This document shows positions 57,998-64,000 of a DNA stretch of 64,000 nt, piece by piece. Under the pieces are notes generated by a model. That model was not told the origin of the DNA. It did no database searches and saw only the letters and a list, made by a program, of their open reading frames with translations. The DNA lies in the NCBI GenBank assembly GCA_031962025.1, contig JAVRKW010000003.1; one strand, written 5' to 3'. Origin of the DNA: Pseudothermotoga sp. Lineage in GTDB: Bacteria; Thermotogota; Thermotogae; Thermotogales; DSM-5069. The first letter of the stretch is position 1; each line of letters opens with the position of its first letter. A program made the position numbers and the translations under genes.

Positions 57998-59164
57998 TTA
58001 TCCTCCTTGGACAGTTTCGAAGGTTCCCCTGACAATTACTTTGCAATTTGTCATCAGCACTTTACCTTTTGCTATGACATCGGTTATTGTCAGATCCTGA
58101 TCGAATAGAATTATATCTGCATCATTTCCCTGAGCAAGGACTCCTTTGGCAAAAAGTTTGAGTACCTTTGCTGGATTTTGAGTAACTGCCTTTAGTGCCT
58201 TTTCAAGTGCTACGCCGTTTTTCACAGCGGTTTTGAACTGCTCATAAACTGAAGTTACCTTTCCAATATCAAGACCTATGAACTCTTTTTTCTCGTTGAA
58301 TCTTGGCAGGCTTCCCTGACCATCGGAACTGAAGGTGATCTGATCTTCAAAACCGTTTTCGATGTACTGCTTCAGTGCTTTCCATGCCTGCAGATCTTGG
58401 TCCAAAAGGTCGCCGGTACTGGTTGTGAAATCAACAAAACCACCCATTTTTGCATAATTTAAGCCTTCGTCCAGGAGCTTTTTGTTTCTGTTTATATGGG
58501 TTGGTAGAAATTGACTGATTGGAATTTCAGTCTTATTCACTATCTCATAGATCATATCCAGCATACCTTCACCATCACCCAAATGAAGGTTCACGATACC
58601 CGCTTTGCCGGACAGAATCCCTCCAACCCTCGCATCGGCTGCGATTCTTTTGAGTTCTTCCAAAGTGGGTTGAGACGAACGATGATCGCTGATCGCTATT
58701 TCTCCAGCTCCGATGACTTTGTCGATCAGAATCAGATCGCTCACAAGATTTCCCGTGAAGGTAACCGGTGGAACCCTGTATGAACCACTGTAGATATAAC
58801 TCGTCACACCTTCCTCGTCTAAGGTTTTTGCTTTTGCATACAGGGCATTGAGACTTCTTGTCACACCATCTGTGCCAAGACAGCCAACAACAGTTGTTAT
58901 ACCGCCCCTGACAAGGTCTGAAAAAACAAGTTCAGGTGTGCGGGTTTTGAACCCTCCCTCTCCTCCTCCGCCGATTATGTGAACATGAGAGTCTATAAAA
59001 CCTGGCACGGCGATCTTGCCTGAACCGTCAATTATCTGAACATACGGGCTGTTCAGCACTATATCTTTTTCTATGGCAACTATCCTATCGCTGGCAATCA
59101 GAATGTCCTTTTTTCCAACAGGTTTTGGGCAAAAAACTTCAACGTTTTTTACAATTTTGATCAT
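57998..59164 (-). CDS. iadA: Beta-aspartyl (isoaspartyl) dipeptidase
   Basis: PGFIDSHVHIIGGGGEGG, EIAISDHRSSQP, PTH, SSDGQGSLP. Confidence 0.93.
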   Translation of the reverse strand: MIKIVKNVEVFCPKPVGKKDILIASDRIVAIEKDIVLNSPYVQIIDGSGKIAVPGFIDSHVHIIGGGGEGGFKTRTPELVFSDLVRGGITTVVGCLGTDGVTRSLNALYAKAKTLDEEGVTSYIYSGSYRVPPVTFTGNLVSDLILIDKVIGAGEIAISDHRSSQPTLEELKRIAADARVGGILSGKAGIVNLHLGDGEGMLDMIYEIVNKTEIPISQFLPTHINRNKKLLDEGLNYAKMGGFVDFTTSTGDLLDQDLQAWKALKQYIENGFEDQITFSSDGQGSLPRFNEKKEFIGLDIGKVTSVYEQFKTAVKNGVALEKALKAVTQNPAKVLKLFAKGVLAQGNDADIILFDQDLTITDVIAKGKVLMTNCKVIVRGTFETVQGG

Positions 59165-59172
59165 CCAATCAC

Positions 59173-59382
59173 CTAAACCAACTGGTTAATTTGAGCATTG
59201 AGATAGTTTTCTGTTGCTATCCTGACCATTCTCAAGGCAAGACCATTTTGCTGATAGGTCATGAAGTTGAGAAGCTGGATCATCTGATCTTTGTTTAGAG
59301 TTTGTGGTGCTGGTTGTTGTGTGTTCTGTGTTTTTGAATAAGTATATGGATTGTAAGTGTATCCCACGCCTTCTACTCTCAC
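59173..59382 (-). CDS. Small hypothetical protein, possibly sigma28-regulated
   Basis: 69 aa; strong RBS AAGGAGGT; candidate sigma28 promoter upstream. Confidence 0.6.
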   Translation of the reverse strand: MRVEGVGYTYNPYTYSKTQNTQQPAPQTLNKDQMIQLLNFMTYQQNGLALRMVRIATENYLNAQINQLV

Positions 59383-59409
59383 AAAACCACCTCCTTCTCT
59401 CTCTTATAC

Positions 59410-59436
59410 TAATCGGATCAAATAAGAAATCCTAAA
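59410..59436 (-). promoter_or_regulatory. Candidate sigma28 (FliA/SigD) promoter
   Basis: TTTA-15nt-TCCGATTA versus consensus TAAA-N15-GCCGATAA. Confidence 0.45.
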
Positions 59437-59445
59437 GGTATTTTA

Positions 59446-60276
59446 TCACCCTTTTAGTGCTCCCTGTGTTAAACCCTGAACGATGTATTTTTGTGCCACA
59501 GCGAAGACAAGAACTGTTGGTAACAGGGCAATGACAATACCTGCAGCCATCACATTCCACTGAATACCAGCTTTTGAAACGAATGAATAAAGTGCCACCG
59601 GTACGGTCATTTTGTGATCGCTGTGCAGAAACAAAACAGCCGTGAAAACTTCGTTCCAACTGTTGACAAAACAGAAACTGAATATCGCACCTACATTTGG
59701 CAGAAAAACTGGCAGCACGACTCTGAAAAGAGCGCCGAGTTTTGTACATCCATCGATCCAGGCGGCTTCTTCTATCTCTCTTGGCATGGACTTAAAAAAT
59801 GCACGAATCATGATCGTACCGAAAGCTACACCAAGTCCAGTGTATATGATAATCACACCGAGCAGTGAATTGGTCAGCTTCAGCCTTGAAAACATCGTGA
59901 ACTGCGGGATCATCAGAAGATAAGCTGGTATCATCTGAACAAAGAAAAGGGTTAACAGTAGAAAATGTCTGGTTGTGAATCTGAACCTTGATAGCACATA
60001 ACCACTCATCAGTGAAAACACGGTTGAAAACAGAGCAGAAAAGGTAGCCACCAGAATGCTGTTTTTGAAATAAGTGTGAAATTTTGCAAAACTGAACAGA
60101 TATCTGTAAGCCTCAAAGCTGATACGGCTTGGTAGGTATTTTATTGGAAAAGAGTAAATCTCTGTCGCTGGTTTGATAGAAGTCAGCACGATCCAGATCA
60201 GGGGAAAGACGGCTACAACAAGGTATAAGATCAATCCAGTAACTCTGAGTGCCGATAAGATTGGGTGTTTTTTCAT
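59446..60276 (-). CDS. Carbohydrate ABC transporter permease (MalG-like)
   Basis: EIEEAAWIDG EAA loop, FVNSWNE, GLTQGALKG. Confidence 0.92.
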   Translation of the reverse strand: MKKHPILSALRVTGLILYLVVAVFPLIWIVLTSIKPATEIYSFPIKYLPSRISFEAYRYLFSFAKFHTYFKNSILVATFSALFSTVFSLMSGYVLSRFRFTTRHFLLLTLFFVQMIPAYLLMIPQFTMFSRLKLTNSLLGVIIIYTGLGVAFGTIMIRAFFKSMPREIEEAAWIDGCTKLGALFRVVLPVFLPNVGAIFSFCFVNSWNEVFTAVLFLHSDHKMTVPVALYSFVSKAGIQWNVMAAGIVIALLPTVLVFAVAQKYIVQGLTQGALKG

Positions 60277-61121
60277 AACTCGAATTCTCCTTTTTCTGAA
60301 ATTCTCAGATAAAAGATAGAGAACAGAAGAAGTATGATGGTAATTATTACCCCTAGGGCTGATGCTTTACCGAAGTTGTTCTGATAATAGACTATGTTTA
60401 TCATCTGCACAGACATGATATTTGTCGCTCCCGCAGGTCCTCCTCGTGTCGTGCCGTAGATTATATCTGGAAAATTCATGACCCAGATTATTCTCAAAAG
60501 AACGGTATTCATTATTGTCGGCTTGATGTAGGGTATGGTTATCTTTGTCAGTTTGCTCCATGTGTTCACACCATCTATTTCTGCAGCTTCGTACAATTCC
60601 TTTGGTATGGACTGCAAAGCCGCAAGGAGCATTATTGCAAAAAACGGTATCCCGTACCACACATTTATCATTATCACAGAAAACATGGCAAAACGTGGAT
60701 CTGAAAGAAAACTTATGGGTTTGCTGATCAGATGCACTTTCATCAGAAAGTCATTGAGCACACCGAACTGTCCATTCAACATCCAAGACCAGAGCAAGCC
60801 TATAGCAAACCCTGACAGAGCCCATGGATAAAACACAATTCCCATGTACAGTCCTCTTCCTTTAAATGGTTTCACCAAAAGCAAGGCGAGAATGAGTCCG
60901 AATATGAGCTGAAAGATGACAGAAAAGAAGATCCAGATAAATGTATTCAAAAGAACATTCCAAAAATTTGGATCACTCAAAACCGCTCTGTAATTGTCAA
61001 AGCCGATGAATCTGGGTCTGTTAAGGTTGAAGACCGTCAGCTTTTGAAAGGAAATTACCCCCCCATATACCAGGGGGTAAAGGTTTATGAACAAAACCAG
61101 AATGAATGTTGGTAAAAGCAT
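60273..61121 (-). CDS. Carbohydrate ABC transporter permease (MalF-like; start may be CTG at 61142)
   Basis: FIGFDNY, ELYEAAEIDG, TRGGP. Confidence 0.92.
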   Translation of the reverse strand: MLLPTFILVLFINLYPLVYGGVISFQKLTVFNLNRPRFIGFDNYRAVLSDPNFWNVLLNTFIWIFFSVIFQLIFGLILALLLVKPFKGRGLYMGIVFYPWALSGFAIGLLWSWMLNGQFGVLNDFLMKVHLISKPISFLSDPRFAMFSVIMINVWYGIPFFAIMLLAALQSIPKELYEAAEIDGVNTWSKLTKITIPYIKPTIMNTVLLRIIWVMNFPDIIYGTTRGGPAGATNIMSVQMINIVYYQNNFGKASALGVIITIILLLFSIFYLRISEKGEFEL

Positions 61122-61184
61122 CCAAAAAATCCACAGTCTCAGTTTTCTTCACCTCATTAACGGCACATAGATATTCCAACCTCT

Positions 61185-61217
61185 CAAGCCCCCACCTTTA
61201 CAGGTGGGGGTAGTTGA
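61185..61217. repeat. Solitary IS200/IS605-type terminal hairpin (REP-like) between the SBP and permease genes
   Basis: CAAG-CCCCCACCT-TTAC-AGGTGGGGG-TAGTTGA; reverse complement TCAACTACCCCC...GGGGGCTTG. Confidence 0.55.
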
Positions 61218-62480
61218 TTATTTACCAAGACCTGCCTTTTTCCAGAAATCAGCCCATTTTTTCAGTGCATCTTCTGGTTTCATTTTTCCAAGCAGGACCT
61301 GTTGCATTGAAGTTTCCTGAAGTTCATTCCATTCACTCCAAGCTTCGTTGTCCAGCGGGTATTTTGTGAACTGATAGTGCTGTGGATCATCGAACATGGC
61401 TTTCCATCCATAGAATATATCGCTCTTGAAGTATGGATCGATATCGTAAACTCTCATATCAACTGGCAGAGCACCATAATCTCTGCACCAGAAGGCATTG
61501 ATCTCTGGCGAGTTGAAGAATTCCAAAAATTTCCATGCGATGTCCTTGTACTTCGAATAACTGGTGATGCCCCACCCTGCAAAACCAATCGTTGGATAGG
61601 CTTTCCCACCTTTTCCGACAGGTAGTGGAGCAGTTCGGTACTTGTCCTGACCGAGAAGCTCGTTCAGAAGTCCGACAGTATCTGGATCCTGGAACAGATA
61701 CGGTGTGATACCGGAGACAAAGGAATTCACCTGTTCATCAAAGCCCCAGTTTATGGAATCTTTTGGTGCAGTCTTGAAGAGTTCCAGATAGAAGTTGATA
61801 CCATCGAGGGCGCGTTTGTCTTCAAAGATGAGTTTTCCACTTTTGGTCAAATACATGCAGTTTGGGTCAATGTCATCAAAGAAAGAGGTCATCACAATGT
61901 CTATAAACGCAGTTGGGTAACCTTTCCCGCGAAAATCAAAGCCGTACTGGTTCTGTTCTGGTTTTGTTATATTTTTGCAGTATTCAAGGAGTTTATCCAT
62001 CGTCTTTGGAGCGTCTGGCAGGTTGTATCTGGAAGTTATATCAGGTCTGATGAAGAGGGTTTTCACATAAATGGCATTGGGTAAAAGATAAGCGGTGTTT
62101 TTGTAAGTTCTTGCAGCTTCGAGTACACCGGGAACAAGATGGTCTGTGATTTGGGATTTTGCAAGGTACGGTTCCAAAGACAACAATTTACCCATGCTCG
62201 CAAGGGCGCTTAAAGACCAGTCTCCGACTTCAACGATATCAAGTGGTTCCTCAGCACTCACCATGAGATAGATCTTCTGGTAAGCTGTTTCATAAGGTGG
62301 AGAGATCAACTCGATCTTGACACCGGGGTTCTGGGCTTCGAATTTCGAAATGATCTCTTCAAGTACCTTGGTTCTCAGGGGGCTTGTGAAAACCTGAATG
62401 ACTTTCAAAGTCACTGCTTCAGCGAACAACAGGGAAAAACTGATCAAACCAATCATGACAACCACCAAAAACTTGCGCAA
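61218..62480 (-). CDS. Sugar ABC transporter substrate-binding protein (CUT1 family)
   Basis: Signal peptide, FEAQNPGVKIE, LLSLEPY, AWKFLEF, PEDALK; TTG start after GGAGGTGA. Confidence 0.9.
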   Translation of the reverse strand: MRKFLVVVMIGLISFSLLFAEAVTLKVIQVFTSPLRTKVLEEIISKFEAQNPGVKIELISPPYETAYQKIYLMVSAEEPLDIVEVGDWSLSALASMGKLLSLEPYLAKSQITDHLVPGVLEAARTYKNTAYLLPNAIYVKTLFIRPDITSRYNLPDAPKTMDKLLEYCKNITKPEQNQYGFDFRGKGYPTAFIDIVMTSFFDDIDPNCMYLTKSGKLIFEDKRALDGINFYLELFKTAPKDSINWGFDEQVNSFVSGITPYLFQDPDTVGLLNELLGQDKYRTAPLPVGKGGKAYPTIGFAGWGITSYSKYKDIAWKFLEFFNSPEINAFWCRDYGALPVDMRVYDIDPYFKSDIFYGWKAMFDDPQHYQFTKYPLDNEAWSEWNELQETSMQQVLLGKMKPEDALKKWADFWKKAGLGK

Positions 62481-62598
62481 CCTGATCACCTCCCAATACA
62501 GTATAATTATACAGGGTTGCGACGAAAACTGCTTTTTGAAAAATCGTTTTTGAGTATTAAATCATGGTAATATTTATACTTAAGGGGGTGTCGTAAAA

Positions 62599-63174
62599 GT
62601 GAAAAAAATGATGTTGATCTTTTTGCTTTTACTTTTTTCAACGCTCATGATTGGAGAAGTTTATTTTTGGTTTGATTCATCTTTCGGCTTTTCCACATAC
62701 GGTGAACTTTATGCCAATGGTAGAAGATCTCTGAAGGCTTTAACAGACTATGGAGCACAGATCGGGTTTGAGTATGGACTTTTGAGAGGTTTGAGAATGG
62801 GTGTGAGTTTTGGGTTTTTAAGCATGAGTGTTGCAACAGACCTTGGTTCTGTTAACTCGAATTTGATCTGCGCTGGATTGCCCTTGAGTTTTACTTTTGA
62901 TTTTCTCGATGTTGTCTGTCAGATAAGTGGTGGCTTTCTGTTCGTCCTTGCCGGTCCTACGGGTAGCCTGTCGGGCTTTGGCATGCCAGGAACGAGCAAT
63001 TTTCAAGGTTTGATATACACCGCAAAAGCTGATTTTCTATGGGAGCTGAGCGATCAGTTTTCAGTGGGGATCGGAGCTGGTGTCAGGTTTCATGATCTGA
63101 ATATCCCTACCAGAGATGTTTCTCTCAGATCTCTGAGCATACCGATTTCTTTGAAGATAAGCTACAGATTTTAA
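62599..63174 (+). CDS. Predicted small outer-membrane beta-barrel protein
   Basis: Signal peptide, about 8 amphipathic strands, C-terminal ISYRF. Confidence 0.7.
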   Translation: MKKMMLIFLLLLFSTLMIGEVYFWFDSSFGFSTYGELYANGRRSLKALTDYGAQIGFEYGLLRGLRMGVSFGFLSMSVATDLGSVNSNLICAGLPLSFTFDFLDVVCQISGGFLFVLAGPTGSLSGFGMPGTSNFQGLIYTAKADFLWELSDQFSVGIGAGVRFHDLNIPTRDVSLRSLSIPISLKISYRF

Positions 63175-63195
63175 ACGCAGCCAGAAGGCTGCGTT
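63174..63195. terminator. Hairpin between convergent genes
   Basis: AACGCAGCC-AGAA-GGCTGCGTT. Confidence 0.65.
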
Positions 63196-63971
63196 CAATC
63201 ACGGAATCGACCTATTTTGAGGATCTTTGCTATATTTGCGTCCGGATTTATAAGCGGTTTTAATCTTGGCTGGGCGCAGGTCATCACAGTTGTTACTCCT
63301 GGACCGTGTCCGGCGTATTTGCAATCACTGTGTATCACCACGCCTATTGTGGCTGCTCCTTTTCTATAACATCTTCCAAATGCGTTGTCATGATCCTGTA
63401 TGTAAACTATATCTCCGAATCTCAATTTGTCCAACCCGTATTCTTTGAGAGTTTTCTCGTCAGCGGTCATTATATCGTAATCTCCTGTGCCCATACTGGT
63501 GGATCCTATACCAGATCCCATCAAAAAAGATGGGACAACTGCAACAACAGGTACATGAAGTTGATTGTCTTTTTCGACTATTCCCATTTTTTCAAGTAGG
63601 TTCGGATCGATGTTGTACACAAAGACATCTGGATAGTCAAGGAGCTTCAAACCCTGTCCAAAACCTTTGATCAATATCTTGTCGTCCAGTGTGAGTTTTT
63701 CGAGTACTTCGTCTGGAAAATCGATCAAGACATGCTCAGCCCCACCGTGATGACCTGTGACAACACCCTTTGCACCCTTTGCATCTCCGGTGACGACTTT
63801 CGCTTCGTTTCCAATACACGCGTAGAAATTGTAACCTCTGTTTGGTCCTGAATCTCTTTTTTCCTGGTCAAGGATTGTAGAAACTCCCGGCTCAACATGA
63901 TCCACTTCCCAGCCAAAGGCACAGTCTCCAACTTTCACGTTGTAAGTTATTCCCCCAGTTCCGGGTAGCAT
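63195..63971 (-). CDS. DUF4438 family protein (5' end probably beyond window)
   Basis: PGTGGITYNV, DHVEPGVS, GHHGGAEH, GDYDI, AGHGPG. Confidence 0.8.
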   Translation of the reverse strand: MLPGTGGITYNVKVGDCAFGWEVDHVEPGVSTILDQEKRDSGPNRGYNFYACIGNEAKVVTGDAKGAKGVVTGHHGGAEHVLIDFPDEVLEKLTLDDKILIKGFGQGLKLLDYPDVFVYNIDPNLLEKMGIVEKDNQLHVPVVAVVPSFLMGSGIGSTSMGTGDYDIMTADEKTLKEYGLDKLRFGDIVYIQDHDNAFGRCYRKGAATIGVVIHSDCKYAGHGPGVTTVMTCAQPRLKPLINPDANIAKILKIGRFRD

Positions 63972-64000
63972 GAAAGGTTTTCCGTCGTGTGAAACAGAAT

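Noticed and set aside
59446..62480. ABC operon without an ATPase gene
   Set aside because: Common for CUT1 systems that share an MsmX/MalK ATPase
1..64000. CRISPR array, cas genes, prophage, rRNA, transposase
   Set aside because: No regularly spaced direct repeats or such genes were seen

Overview
Gene-dense (about 95% coding by eye), roughly 40% GC chromosomal backbone of a Thermotogota bacterium. Gene content and order suggest a Pseudothermotoga-like organism (inference). It holds about 58 CDSs and three tRNAs (Gln-TTG, Glu-CTC, Arg-CCG). Housekeeping genes: leuS, ileS, prfA, rlmN, rsgA, rpe, rdgB, ddl, trmI, birA, recJ, yqgF/ruvX. Other blocks: mreB-flgF-flgG-flgA-flgH-flgI-flgJ; an ArsR/SmtB-CadA metal efflux pair with a clear operator; an MFS plus archaeal-type GH1 pair; a sugar ABC operon; a MoxR-VWA operon. 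No intact mobile element, prophage or CRISPR array was seen. Most notable observations: (1) an unannotated-looking 343-aa protein directly behind ddl aligns by eye over all three domains to the beta sliding clamp but lacks the partner-binding pocket residues; (2) RecJ is fused to a degenerate RecQ-like helicase body; (3) the yqgF stop codon lies inside tRNA-Arg; (4) a kinase-less PASTA protein occupies the prkC syntenic slot; (5) candidate CTG start codons; (6) solitary IS200/IS605-type terminal hairpins; (7) an MMPL plus GT4 candidate glycolipid export operon. All protein calls come from motif recognition, not database searches.
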